A stretch of DNA of 53,536 bases, from the NCBI GenBank assembly GCA_045863295.1, contig BTWA01000042.1:1-53536 (forward strand). Direction: 5' to 3'. Shown in pieces: positions 1 to 9,375 of this stretch. Every line of letters starts with the position of its first letter. Position 1 is the first letter of the stretch. The notes below the pieces were generated by a model. That model had not been told where the DNA came from. It did not search any database and saw only the letters and a program-made list of their open reading frames with translations. Position numbers and translations under genes: made by a program. This DNA is from Candidatus Hydrogenedentota bacterium. GTDB taxonomy: Bacteria > Hydrogenedentota > Hydrogenedentia > Hydrogenedentales > SLHB01.

Positions 1-606
1 CATCAACATGACATGGGGGTGTTCATCATAAGCCCCAATGACAAGGGCGGATTGCTGTATAAGGATTCACCTTCGCTGGCCCGGTTGACTGAACCGCTGC
101 ATCCGATGGTGTTCAATGGTTTGTTTTGTCTGTCGCGACCGGAGGTGCATACCTTGAGTTGCGGGGCGTCGAAGCCCAGTGATTTCGACGTTCACTTGGA
201 GACCGCGGAAAAGTCTGGGCGTGCCGCCGAGATCGTTGCTCCGATTGTCGAGCGGCTGGACGCGACCATGGTTGAGGCTTTGGGCCGGGAATGGCTGGAG
301 ACTTGGCAGCAGGGATTGCCCCATTGGGAAATGACGCCTGGGAACATCAACATTCCGGTTGTTGTGCGTATTTGGAATCTTGTGAAGGCCTTCGACATGG
401 TGGAATACGGCAAGATGCGCTACAACCTGCTCGGTAGCGGCGATCACTGGTTCCCGGGTCGAAATTGCGATGAGATTGAAGATTTTGATTTGGCTGCGTG
501 TCTGTCGGATTCGCCGCATCGGGACAAGATTCCAGCGATACTTCGAGAGGCGCATGCCATATTGAAGGGGGAGAAGCGGAAGCGCTTACAACAGGAGAAG
601 GTTTGA
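1..606 (+). CDS. Aldo/keto reductase family oxidoreductase (cyanobacterial-like subfamily), 5'-truncated by the window edge
   Basis: Frame is open from base 1. Motifs DMGVFIISPNDKGG, PLHPMVFN, VHTLSCGA, INIPVV and MRYNLLG.GDHWFPG are typical of this AKR subfamily. Confidence 0.8.
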   Translation, partial: HQHDMGVFIISPNDKGGLLYKDSPSLARLTEPLHPMVFNGLFCLSRPEVHTLSCGASKPSDFDVHLETAEKSGRAAEIVAPIVERLDATMVEALGREWLETWQQGLPHWEMTPGNINIPVVVRIWNLVKAFDMVEYGKMRYNLLGSGDHWFPGRNCDEIEDFDLAACLSDSPHRDKIPAILREAHAILKGEKRKRLQQEKV

Positions 607-612
607 AGTTCG

Positions 613-1095
613 TCAGTGCTGACTGGCGAGGAGGGGGCTGTTGCGTGGTACCCAAAAACGCACCCGAATTGTTTGCTTGCCCCAACGCAGTGCATCCCCG
701 TGGTTCTTGAAGAATACGTCTATGTGATCGCCTTGGATAGCTCCGCCTCGGTCTTGCACGATGCCCCTGCCGTATCCTGGGATATCCATGATTGTACCGA
801 AAGGATAGCGCTTATCGGCAGCCACGGTGCCAGGCTTGGCCTTGACGCCGCTTGCCGTTTGCCCAATCTTCTTACGCTCCCCTTGCAGACTTCCGGAGGC
901 GTAGACTGGTTTTCCATACCACGTTCTTTTCCAACTGCAACATTGTTTGCAGGGGCAATATCCGGTGACATTCATGGTCATTTCGACAGAGGCATATCCG
1001 GCCGGGGGCGCAACGCTGGCACATCCGGCTGCCAGTACGCCCCCGGCCGAAAGGAGGAGGCTGATTAAAAGGGTTGAGTTGATTTGCTTCGTCAT
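613..1095 (-). CDS. 3D (Asp-Asp-Asp) domain lipoprotein, putative peptidoglycan remodelling protein
   Basis: Signal peptide ending LAAGC. Motifs VTGYCPC, TASG, TVAADKRYPFGT, VQDRGGAIQGDHIDVFF and ALRWG. Confidence 0.9.
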   Translation of the reverse strand: MTKQINSTLLISLLLSAGGVLAAGCASVAPPAGYASVEMTMNVTGYCPCKQCCSWKRTWYGKPVYASGSLQGERKKIGQTASGVKAKPGTVAADKRYPFGTIMDIPGYGRGIVQDRGGAIQGDHIDVFFKNHGDALRWGKQTIRVRFWVPRNSPLLASQH

Positions 1096-1101
1096 GTCAA
1101 T

Positions 1102-1130
1102 AGACTACATCAGATGTTATTTATTGACAA
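1102..1130 (-). promoter_or_regulatory. Sigma70 promoter giving a leaderless transcript for the 3D-domain gene
   Basis: Minus strand reads TTGTCA-17 nt-TAGTCT-attgac-ATG, leaving no room for a Shine-Dalgarno. Confidence 0.65.
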
Positions 1131-1210
1131 GAGAAAAGATTTCAAAATAAGAAGGGGGATGGGGCAGGGGCTTTTTGATTTTGGTTGAGGGCTTATGTGT
1201 AAAGTATAAA

Positions 1211-2785
1211 TTACTTAACTTCATCGATATGGACTGTATTTCCCGTGCCTTGTCGAATGTGCAGTATGTGTCCGTCAGGCTGTTTGATGGCAATGACGCC
1301 GCGGGTGGGCTTAATGAATCCTATGTCATTTATTCCGTTCCCAATGCGCTTTGCGAAGGAAAAGGCCTGTTCCATACTTATATTGTTGATAGTTAATGTA
1401 TTGCGATTGCTATCCTGGGTAAAAGTGGCACTTGAGGAAGTTCTTGATTCATTACCTAGTTGGTTTGTGTTTTCAGAGTCAAAGCCATGTTTTTGAGCAT
1501 AGTCTTGAAGAGAGCGGATGTCCAGCTTTGGCGTTGGGATAGGCAATACATATGGACTAAATACATAACCTGGCTTTCCCGAGGCCTCAACCGGAAGCCA
1601 ATATCCCTGCATGTTTTGAGCAGTGGCCAGAGACAAAGGTTTTCCGTCGTCCTTGGAGATGAGTTCAGTTCCATAGGGAACCTCGGCCACGATGGCAGCG
1701 GCGGTATCCGGGGCGGACCGTACATTCAGTTCGGATGCGAAAACGTAGAGCTTTGTTCCTGTGGCATATCGGATTGTGTCCATTTTTTCCGAACCGCCGT
1801 CTGGGCTGGATTCCTCGTTCCCGAGCTGGATAATCATTTTAGAGACGCGTATGTCGAGTTCTCCTGCCTGTGCGGACGTGAATTCAGAATCGCCAGATAG
1901 TTTCATCAACGCGTCTTCATTTGTACCGGGTTGCGGATTAAGGGTCAGATTGATTCCAGAGCCCAGCACGTGGTCTTTTTCCAACGATCCGCCGCCCCAA
2001 CTCGTGATACCGCCGGCGTAATCCCACCCGAAGCCGAGGAATTTCACAGGTGCATTGTTTAACGTGACCAAAGTTTTCAAGGGTGTGCCGACGCCGATTC
2101 CTTTGGGTGTCTTCCATGGGCTATCCGGGTGTTCGATGATGACGGAGGCAGGTTTTTCCCCGTACACATCCCACCGGATTTTCAGTTCCTCCGGTTTGCC
2201 CGGAAAGATTGCTGTTCCCGGTTCGAAAAAGCCCTCGCCGAGGTGGATCTCCGTTTCCTGCACGTTATCCGCGCCGAACCGAATTTGCAGGTTTGCGAGC
2301 GAACTGGTTGCGTTCACTTCGCCCACGGCTTTTCCGGGCGTACAAATAAAATCCATGGATGGGTTGGCGGTTTCGGGCATTGGCGCAATGGCCGGCTTGT
2401 TCGCAGTGAGGAAGCCGTCGAAAACGTAGCCGGAATGGTATCCATGTTTCACATGGAGCCAGTGTCCCTTGATTCCTTCGAATTCCACGGGTAGGGGGTC
2501 ATGGCCGTCGGGCAGTACCACGACTTTGTCGCCCTGCGGAATGTAGTGAATGCGCGTGGCATCGTTTGAGGGCTGTTTTCTCAGCGCGAGGGCCGTGGCA
2601 GAGACGTACAGTTCGGTACCGGAGGCATAGGCACCATTCGGACTGGCTTCGCCGACTGTTGCCGCAGGTTTTTCTGGCGTTGGAACGACAAAGACGTCTT
2701 GGGCGGACGATGGCGCAACGGCTTCCAGTAACCCCATAAGAAGCAGGCACGGAATTGACCAGTGTTTATAGTGCATGTATGTCAC
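1211..2785 (-). CDS. Secreted protein with two bacterial SH3 domains flanking an uncharacterised central domain
   Basis: Signal peptide. Two repeats LYV.A..L..R..P......V..IP.G..V....G.W..V...G..GYVF. Central block DFICTPGKAVG...FLGFGWDYAG. Confidence 0.8.
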   Translation of the reverse strand: MTYMHYKHWSIPCLLLMGLLEAVAPSSAQDVFVVPTPEKPAATVGEASPNGAYASGTELYVSATALALRKQPSNDATRIHYIPQGDKVVVLPDGHDPLPVEFEGIKGHWLHVKHGYHSGYVFDGFLTANKPAIAPMPETANPSMDFICTPGKAVGEVNATSSLANLQIRFGADNVQETEIHLGEGFFEPGTAIFPGKPEELKIRWDVYGEKPASVIIEHPDSPWKTPKGIGVGTPLKTLVTLNNAPVKFLGFGWDYAGGITSWGGGSLEKDHVLGSGINLTLNPQPGTNEDALMKLSGDSEFTSAQAGELDIRVSKMIIQLGNEESSPDGGSEKMDTIRYATGTKLYVFASELNVRSAPDTAAAIVAEVPYGTELISKDDGKPLSLATAQNMQGYWLPVEASGKPGYVFSPYVLPIPTPKLDIRSLQDYAQKHGFDSENTNQLGNESRTSSSATFTQDSNRNTLTINNISMEQAFSFAKRIGNGINDIGFIKPTRGVIAIKQPDGHILHIRQGTGNTVHIDEVK

Positions 2786-2849
2786 CTATTGAAAAGACCT
2801 TTGATAGGAATTATCCAGAACGAGTGGACAAGGTTCCACCTTCAGGGCA

Positions 2850-3461
2850 CTAGAATCGAATTTCGTATCCCACACACAGATGCGGTTCGAGGGGGTGTTT
2901 TTCGATTATCTGATATCGTTCCTTGATACTGGGCCACTCCTCCGGAAGACACGCACAGTAGAGGTATTCGATGGCGATGGTAGTTTTGTCGAGGATGGTC
3001 TCGACCATTTCCGGGGGTTTTATGCGGAAGCGGTAGTGGCGTCCGATTTCCTTCATGCCGAGGCGAGCATAGTAGCGTTGCGCTTTACGGTCCTGGGTCC
3101 AATATTCCAGCCGGTGAAAGTTTTTTGATTTTGCATCGGCCACGGCGGCGTCGATAAGCAATTGGCCGAGACGGTTTCCCGTGAATTCCGGGAGGCGGCC
3201 GAATTCCAGCACGTATCCGCCGCGGCTGTCTTTCAGGAAGCACAATTCGCCGGGGTCGTTGTCGTATTGTACGTCGGTAAGGCCCACGATCTTTCCCTCG
3301 ACGACGGCGACCAATTTGGTGGATTCGTATCCTTCGTACTTCGGCCTTTCCTGAATCGTATAATTCCACGCGTGGGAAATGCTCATGATGATTGCGTGAA
3401 CGCGCATCCACTCTGCTTCATCGGCGGGCTCATAGGGTCGGACGACAGTATTCTCTATCAT
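2850..3461 (-). CDS. GNAT family N-acetyltransferase
   Basis: LVAVVEGKIVG, FGRLPEFTGNRLGQLLI (motif A), AQRYYARLG. The start MIENTVVR overlaps the upstream stop (ATGA). Confidence 0.85.
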   Translation of the reverse strand: MIENTVVRPYEPADEAEWMRVHAIIMSISHAWNYTIQERPKYEGYESTKLVAVVEGKIVGLTDVQYDNDPGELCFLKDSRGGYVLEFGRLPEFTGNRLGQLLIDAAVADAKSKNFHRLEYWTQDRKAQRYYARLGMKEIGRHYRFRIKPPEMVETILDKTTIAIEYLYCACLPEEWPSIKERYQIIEKHPLEPHLCVGYEIRF

Positions 3462-4513
3462 GGCGTTTCGCCTTCCGCAGGGTCTGTCCATGGGACGCCC
3501 AGCGCATTCGCAGCGTCCCGTGCGTTTGCACGGGCTTCCTCACAAGTTGGGTCCATGGAAACGGCGCGGACGAAGTAATCCAACGCCTTTCGCTTGTCGC
3601 CGAATTGCCACAGCACCGCGCCCAAGTCGTTGAATGCGGGGGCAAATGCCGGGTACATGGCGATTGACTGCGACAATTTGCGCAGGGCCTCCTGCCATTC
3701 GCCGCGATTGAGCGCGTCGCGAGCGTCCATGTTCATCGCGCGGGCGGCTTGCAGGGCGCGGGGCTCGTCGTTGTCGGCCAAACTCCATTTCCGCATGAAC
3801 CGGTTTGCGTTGGATTCCATCAGGGCCGCATAGGCATTGCTGTCGAAGCCCATACCGGCGAAGGTGCGGCTACCGTAATGAAACAGGAAGCATCCGGGGG
3901 CCATGCAGGTGCGAAAGCCTGCCTGACGGATGCGCATGCAGTAGTCGTCGTCTTCGAAGTTTCCGATGCCGAAGGATTCGTCCAACAGGCCCACTTTATC
4001 AAATGTTTTGTCGCGCACGAGGAGGCAGAAGCCGACAAGTCTCTCGATGTCAACCACTTGCAGCCCGTATTCTCTGTAGCGGCTATTGGCGATTTCAGAA
4101 ATGGCCTCGCTGGATGTGAGGCGCAGGCCTTCGATGAGTTGAGGGCCGGAGACGCAGTTGCTCATGGGGCCGACGGCGCCGATGGTGGATGTGCTTTCCA
4201 GTGCGTCTATCATTCTCGACATCCAGTGCGGGTGTGCGATGGTGTCGCTATTGAGGAGGCACACATGCCCTTCGGCGTGTTGCAGGCCTCTGTTTACACC
4301 GGCGGGGAATCCGAGATTCGAACCGGTGTGGACGACGACCGCGCCGGCGATGGAATCAAAGAACTGGCCGACGCCGTCGGTCGAGCCGTTGTCCACCAGG
4401 ATCAATTTGTAGGGTAGATTCGTGTGGGCGATGATCGAGTCTACGCATTGGCGACAGTATTCGAGTTGATTGAATGCCGGTATGACAATCGAGACCGTGG
4501 CGTTTGGACTCAT
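3458..4513 (-). CDS. Glycosyltransferase family 2 with C-terminal TPR
   Basis: VSIVIPAFN, ILVDNGSTDG, NLGFPAGVNRG, LLNSD, GNFEDDDYCMR. TPR segment AFNDLGAVLWQFGDKRKALDYFVRAVSMDP. Start reassigned to MSPNATV. Confidence 0.92.
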   Translation of the reverse strand: MSPNATVSIVIPAFNQLEYCRQCVDSIIAHTNLPYKLILVDNGSTDGVGQFFDSIAGAVVVHTGSNLGFPAGVNRGLQHAEGHVCLLNSDTIAHPHWMSRMIDALESTSTIGAVGPMSNCVSGPQLIEGLRLTSSEAISEIANSRYREYGLQVVDIERLVGFCLLVRDKTFDKVGLLDESFGIGNFEDDDYCMRIRQAGFRTCMAPGCFLFHYGSRTFAGMGFDSNAYAALMESNANRFMRKWSLADNDEPRALQAARAMNMDARDALNRGEWQEALRKLSQSIAMYPAFAPAFNDLGAVLWQFGDKRKALDYFVRAVSMDPTCEEARANARDAANALGVPWTDPAEGETP

Positions 4514-5454
4514 TGCAATTTGTATCCCACGGGTACCCGTTTGAATACGCCGGGCCACATCCAGGGGACGGGCTTTGTGGTGTAAACGATGGTCAATTCG
4601 AGCGTGCCTTGTCCTGTGGCCACTTTGATCCGGGGGTGGGCCGATACAACGGTGCCGGGCGCTTCGGATCGTGGCGCGGCATCGGCCCTGGATCTTGTTA
4701 CGAGGACCGTTCGAGCCCCGTCTCTGAATCGCGCGATGTAGTAGGGAAAACACGCGCGGACCTTGCGCTCCAGGTTCTCCGCGGTATCGGTCCAATCCAG
4801 GAATTGGAGCTGTCCTTTGATTTTGGGTTCGTAGCTTGCATCTTCCGGAGACTGCGGCGTGCCCTTCAAACCATTTTCCTGGATCTGAAGCAACAGGTCT
4901 TTGGTCATGGCACCGGCCAGTTCGGAGAGTCGCATATGCAACGATCCGGACGTGTCACGCGGCGTGATGGCGATGGCCTCCTGCGCGAGGATGTCGCCGG
5001 TGTCGATGCCTTCGTCCATCGTGTGAAAGGTGATGCCGGTTTCCGCTTCATTTTGCAGGAGTACCCACGCGCAGGGGTGCGGTCCCCGGTGTTTGGGAAG
5101 CAGGGCGGTGTGGCAATTCACACAACCGATTTTCGGCAGCTCGAGGATAGGCTTCTTGAGGATGATGGAGAAGCCGCCGACGATAAGCAGGTCGGGCTGT
5201 AGGTCTTTCAGTGGCGCCAACTCGGCTTCCGTCATTTTGTCGATGTAGATGAACGGTATGTCCTTCATCCTCGCGAGTCCCATAACCGTGCGATTGCCCA
5301 GCGCGAGCCGTGCAAGCAGCGGATTCAGCCATTGTTTGTACCCCTTGGTCTGGCGTCCGTCCTGTACGAGTGCGACGATTTCGTGGCCCGCTTCGAGCGC
5401 GCCTTCCAGTATTTTTAATGCAAGCTGGCCCCCCCCGGCCAGAGCGATGCGCAT
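4510..5454 (-). CDS. Fmt-like formyltransferase (methionyl-tRNA or sugar N-formyltransferase fold)
   Basis: VNCHTALLPKHRG, ETGITFHTMDEGIDTGDI and an Fmt C-terminal domain (LDW...VRAC, VATGQGTL). The canonical GTP.F and TQPD motifs are absent. Confidence 0.85.
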   Translation of the reverse strand: MRIALAGGGQLALKILEGALEAGHEIVALVQDGRQTKGYKQWLNPLLARLALGNRTVMGLARMKDIPFIYIDKMTEAELAPLKDLQPDLLIVGGFSIILKKPILELPKIGCVNCHTALLPKHRGPHPCAWVLLQNEAETGITFHTMDEGIDTGDILAQEAIAITPRDTSGSLHMRLSELAGAMTKDLLLQIQENGLKGTPQSPEDASYEPKIKGQLQFLDWTDTAENLERKVRACFPYYIARFRDGARTVLVTRSRADAAPRSEAPGTVVSAHPRIKVATGQGTLELTIVYTTKPVPWMWPGVFKRVPVGYKLQ

Positions 5455-5836
5455 GTTGGGGCTACTCCCTAATTATGACCTGACGTTGGAACGCCTGAAC
5501 CGAGTCCAGCAGCACTTCTACTGGACTTTCGTTTACGAATTGGACTTACAAGTCACACGTCGCGCCCTTTGTTGAGCGTAGGGCCGTGATGAGCCGGGCC
5601 TTGCTCAGAGATCGCGCAGGACTGCTCAGTCTAGCAAGCCCTTCCGAATAGATTAAAGGCATCGCTGGTAGTTCGAATTGCAGTAACACGTACTTGAATT
5701 ATCTTGGCGATTAATCGGAAGTTGGAATCTCGAAGTGAAAACGGGAGTTTGGAGTGCGTTGTGGTGGGCAGCGGAGGCCTGTTCATTAGCGAGGTTGTGC
5801 ACGATTTTCGCTGCATCAAATAGTAGAGTAACGCTG

Positions 5837-6235
5837 TTACCAGCTTTTGTAGCGGCTAGGGACAGCGAGCAAGACCGCAATCGCGGTTGCACCAATCAGT
5901 GGCGAGAGAGGCGGTATTCCCATCAGGATGCCAAGTGGAATCCATACCCCTGATTCCGGGTCACCACTTAGCCAAGACAGGCCATAGAGAATGCCGATCA
6001 GTACTGGATATGGCAGCGTGAGGACAGACACAACCTGATAGGCCCGGTTATCGAGTACCCGCCGTGACACGATTCCAACTGTCAGCGCTACCGCTAGCGC
6101 TACTACAATGACCACCATGCTAGTAGCAAGACCCACACCTATGGAGGCATAGATCGCATTCGTAGCGTTCGCCCCACCTGCGATGAGAAATACACTGGCC
6201 ATCGCCTTCAGAACGTAAGTTCGAGGTATCGGCAT
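5837..6235 (-). CDS. Hypothetical small integral membrane protein (~4 TM)
   Basis: Hydrophobic 132 aa ORF with RBS (agagggg) and an AT-rich upstream region. Confidence 0.6.
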   Translation of the reverse strand: MPIPRTYVLKAMASVFLIAGGANATNAIYASIGVGLATSMVVIVVALAVALTVGIVSRRVLDNRAYQVVSVLTLPYPVLIGILYGLSWLSGDPESGVWIPLGILMGIPPLSPLIGATAIAVLLAVPSRYKSW

Positions 6236-6420
6236 GGCGTCCCCTCTATTTGTGTATATCTATGTACAGTATACTTATAAAGTTTATGAAGTGCAAACTT
6301 TTGTAAGTGTGCCGTTGGTCACCCACTTCCTAGGTCCCTAAAACCTCCATTGCATACCGTAATTTGAGTTTTGAATTATGGTGTATTGTGAAGAGGAGAC
6401 CTTGCGGTCGCGAGGCGTGG

Positions 6421-6447
6421 CCGAGTCGGGGAACCTGGCTACAACGG
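6421..6447. repeat. REP-like (GTAG-type) repeat, copy 1
   Basis: ccgagtcggggaacctggctacaacgg, 23/27 identical to 7611..7637. The reverse complement begins ccgttGTAGCCAGG. Confidence 0.6.
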
Positions 6448-6534
6448 TAGGAAAACGCGCGGGAAATTCGGCGACAGCGGACTTTCACAACGGAGCACTG
6501 CCGCATCAGGCAGTCGGTATCGAAGGAGGCTATC

Positions 6535-7458
6535 TTGATTCGAAACACAAGAATCAGATTCTCGATGACAGTCGTTGCAGGCGCGTTGGTTGTTACTACG
6601 GCCATGGCGGATTCGGCGGGAGCCACCGCAGAACCGCCTTCCGCGATCACGGTTCATGAGGGTTTGGTTTTCGCGGAGCCGGGGGAAAAGCTTTCGCTGG
6701 ATTTGTTTTTGCCTGTGGCGGCAGGAGGTGCCGTTCCTTGTGTGATTGTGATTCAGGGAGGCGGATTCAGTCCACAGGATGGGAAGCGTTTTCGAGTATT
6801 CGCGGAGTATCTGGCGGAGCGTGGGTTCGCGGCGGCAACCATTGCCTACCGGGGGCAGCCGGAGCACACCTATAAGGAGACAATGTCCGACGTTAGGGAG
6901 GCGGTGCGCTATGTGCGAAGCGTGAGCGGCACGTACGGTATTGACCCTGACCGGATTGGTGCGGCGGGCCGTTCCGCTGGGGCGACATTGGCCGTGCTGC
7001 TGGCGGTGGCGGACGACTCGACCGCCGACGGTGGCGATGGGACTGCTGCATCGCATCGAATCCGGGCGGCTGTGGGATTTGCCGGGGTCTACGATTTTGT
7101 TACCCGGTTTACGGACCCGGAGCAGTTAGCATTGCAGCCGAAACATGAGGCAAAGGCCAAGACGAACGGCGCATGGATTGGCGAAGACTTCTCAATCGAC
7201 AGTGCGGCCTGGCGAGAGGCGTCTGCCATTTCCCACGTGGATAGAACGGACCCGCCCGTGCTCTTCATCCATTGCAAGGACGATTCGACGGTTCCCTGGA
7301 TTCAGTCCCAAAAGATGTACGCGATGATGCGGTCCCATGAGGTCGATGCCGAGATCGCGATTTACGAGACCGGTGGTCACGGGTGTCAGCCCAAGGATGG
7401 TAGGGATCCCATGGCGCTGATGGTGGAATTCTTCAAGAAGGCGCTGTCGAAGCCATAG
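6535..7458 (+). CDS. Secreted alpha/beta hydrolase (BD-FAE/xylan esterase-like)
   Basis: RBS AAGGAGG plus TTG start. LSLDLFLP, IQGGGF, IDPDRIGAAGRSAG (nucleophile), DPPVLFIHCKDDSTVP, GGHG. Confidence 0.9.
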   Translation: MIRNTRIRFSMTVVAGALVVTTAMADSAGATAEPPSAITVHEGLVFAEPGEKLSLDLFLPVAAGGAVPCVIVIQGGGFSPQDGKRFRVFAEYLAERGFAAATIAYRGQPEHTYKETMSDVREAVRYVRSVSGTYGIDPDRIGAAGRSAGATLAVLLAVADDSTADGGDGTAASHRIRAAVGFAGVYDFVTRFTDPEQLALQPKHEAKAKTNGAWIGEDFSIDSAAWREASAISHVDRTDPPVLFIHCKDDSTVPWIQSQKMYAMMRSHEVDAEIAIYETGGHGCQPKDGRDPMALMVEFFKKALSKP

Positions 7459-7610
7459 TCGGGAGCCGGACACATTCGTAGCGTGGGTCACCGAATGCGT
7501 CAAGGCATTTTGAGACGGCCCTGCACTGCCTTGTGACTCGGATTCCCGACTGTGTCCCACTTTTGGATTTCGGTGTGTGGTCACGAGGCGACTGCTGTTT
7601 GAAGGCTTTG

Positions 7611-7637
7611 CCGGGTAGGGAACCCTGGCTACAACGG
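7611..7637. repeat. REP-like (GTAG-type) repeat, copy 2
   Basis: ccgggtagggaaccctggctacaacgg, a direct repeat of 6421..6447. Confidence 0.6.
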
Positions 7638-7670
7638 ACGATTGCTCCTATCTTGCGACTGATCCGGTAT

Positions 7671-8120
7671 TCAAAACGCCCGGTTCGAATCCAGCAACAG
7701 GGTAACCGGGCCGTCGTTTACGAGGTGGACGTCCATGTGCGCGCCGAAGACGCCGGTTTCCACGCGCAGGCCGGATTCGCGCAGGCGTGCAATGACAGCT
7801 TCGTAGAGCGGGACGGCTTTTTCCGGGCGCGCAGCCTCGGTGAAGGATGGCCGCCTACCTCTTCTGCAATCGCCGAAGAGCGTGAATTGGGAAATGGCGA
7901 GTATCGCGCCGTTCACGTCCTTCACAGAGCGATTGAACTTGCTTTCCTCGTCCATGAAACAGCGCAAACCGGCGATTTTTTCGGCGATGTAGATGGCGTC
8001 GCTGGTTTCGTCAGATTCGGCGACGCCGATCAACACGAGCAACCCGATGTCGATCTTGCCGGTGATTATTCCATCCACGGTAACGGAGGATTCTGAAACG
8101 CGTTGTACGACGGCCCGCAT
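7671..8120 (-). CDS. dtd: D-aminoacyl-tRNA deacylase
   Basis: [30 protein letters not shown]. Confidence 0.97.
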   Translation of the reverse strand: MRAVVQRVSESSVTVDGIITGKIDIGLLVLIGVAESDETSDAIYIAEKIAGLRCFMDEESKFNRSVKDVNGAILAISQFTLFGDCRRGRRPSFTEAARPEKAVPLYEAVIARLRESGLRVETGVFGAHMDVHLVNDGPVTLLLDSNRAF

Positions 8121-8265
8121 TGGGATTCCCGTTCGGTTGGTGAACGGCGTTCAGTGTATCAACGAATTTGGAGTGGATTAAAGACATATGGGAAACGGGC
8201 TTGCGACATGCGGTTCCGCGATTCCGATGGTATACTTGAACCGGGATTCAATAGGTAGTGCACCC

Positions 8266-9375
8266 ATGATCATAGGTGTTCCGAAGGAGATCAAGCCAGG
8301 CGAGGCCCGGGTTGGCTTGGTGCCGGCGGGGGTATCGGCATACATAGCGCACGGCCACTCGGTCATCGTCGAGCGCGGGGCCGGCGTGGGCAGCGGCATA
8401 CCTGACGATGCGTACGCTCAGGCGGGAGCCCGCTTGGTTTCCGACGCCGCAGACGTTTGGAATCAGGCTGAGTTGGTTGTCAAGGTGAAGGAGCCGCTGC
8501 AGGAGGAATACGATTTCCTTCGCGATGGGCTAGTCATTTACACGTATTTGCATCTGGCTTCGAACGAAGCGCTTACCCGCGCATTGATGGCATCGGGTAC
8601 CACAGCGGTGGGCTATGAGACCATTCAAACGGCGGACGGCCAGTTGCCTTTGCTTATTCCCATGAGCGAAGTGGCGGGACGATTGAGTGTTCAGAAGGGT
8701 GCGTTTTGCCTTGAGGCGCATGCCGGGGGCCGGGGCATTTTGCTGTGCGGCGCCTCCGGCGTTCGGCCCGCGAACGTGGTTATTCTGGGTGCGGGTGTGG
8801 CAGGCCAGAATGCGTGCTACATGGCCGTTGGCATGGGGGCTCGGGTCACGTTAATGGATATCAATCCGGCGCGGCTTCGGTATGTGCATGACGTCATGGG
8901 CGGACGAGTGACCACGTTGATGTCGCATCGCGCCGCGGTGGAAGAGGAAGTGGCCGACGCGGATTTGGTCATCGGGTCAGTTTTAATTGCGGGGGCGCGC
9001 GCTCCGGTGGTCGTTCCGGAATCGGTAGTACGTGCGATGCGTCCGGGATCGGCCATTGTAGATTTGTCGATCGATCAAGGGGGTTGCATCGCCACCTCGC
9101 GCGCGACGACGCATGCGGAGCCTACGTACTTGAAGCATGGCGTAGTTCATTATTGCGTGAGCAATGTTCCGGGGGCGGTGCCCCGTACGTCGACGTATGC
9201 TCTCACCAATGTGACGATTTCGTACGGGTTGGCCATAGCGGACAACGGGGTGGAGCAGGCGGCCAGACAGGATTCCGCTCTGCGTTTGGGGTTGAACGTA
9301 CATCAGGGAAAGGTACTGCACCCTGGGGTTGCGGCCGCGTTCGGATTGCCCTGCGGCGAGGTGGCGGGTGGATAA
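8266..9375 (+). CDS. ald: Alanine dehydrogenase
   Basis: MIIGVPKEIK, KVKEP, YTYLHLA, PMSEVAGR, IDQGGC, HYCVSNVPGAVPRTST. Confidence 0.97.
   Translation: MIIGVPKEIKPGEARVGLVPAGVSAYIAHGHSVIVERGAGVGSGIPDDAYAQAGARLVSDAADVWNQAELVVKVKEPLQEEYDFLRDGLVIYTYLHLASNEALTRALMASGTTAVGYETIQTADGQLPLLIPMSEVAGRLSVQKGAFCLEAHAGGRGILLCGASGVRPANVVILGAGVAGQNACYMAVGMGARVTLMDINPARLRYVHDVMGGRVTTLMSHRAAVEEEVADADLVIGSVLIAGARAPVVVPESVVRAMRPGSAIVDLSIDQGGCIATSRATTHAEPTYLKHGVVHYCVSNVPGAVPRTSTYALTNVTISYGLAIADNGVEQAARQDSALRLGLNVHQGKVLHPGVAAAFGLPCGEVAGG

Noticed and set aside
4514..4795. Long N-terminal extensions in the track for GT2 (similarly ald, purM, the TPM gene, the GHMP kinase and the DUF7544-like gene)
   Set aside because: They overlap neighbouring genes or promoters. 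Family homology and RBS positions begin at the downstream starts used here.
5455..5470. GGGAGTAGC (yybP-ykoY 5' motif) on the minus strand
   Set aside because: It is simply the SD immediately before the formyltransferase ATG, leaving no room for the aptamer.
5780..5840. attC-like half site (GCACAAC...AATGAAC on the minus strand) after the orphan membrane gene
   Set aside because: There is no complementary GTTRRRY arm and no integrase or second cassette.
7681..7695. GGTTCGAATCC resembling a tRNA T-arm
   Set aside because: It lies in the antisense of the dtd 3' end, with no acceptor, D or anticodon stems around it.
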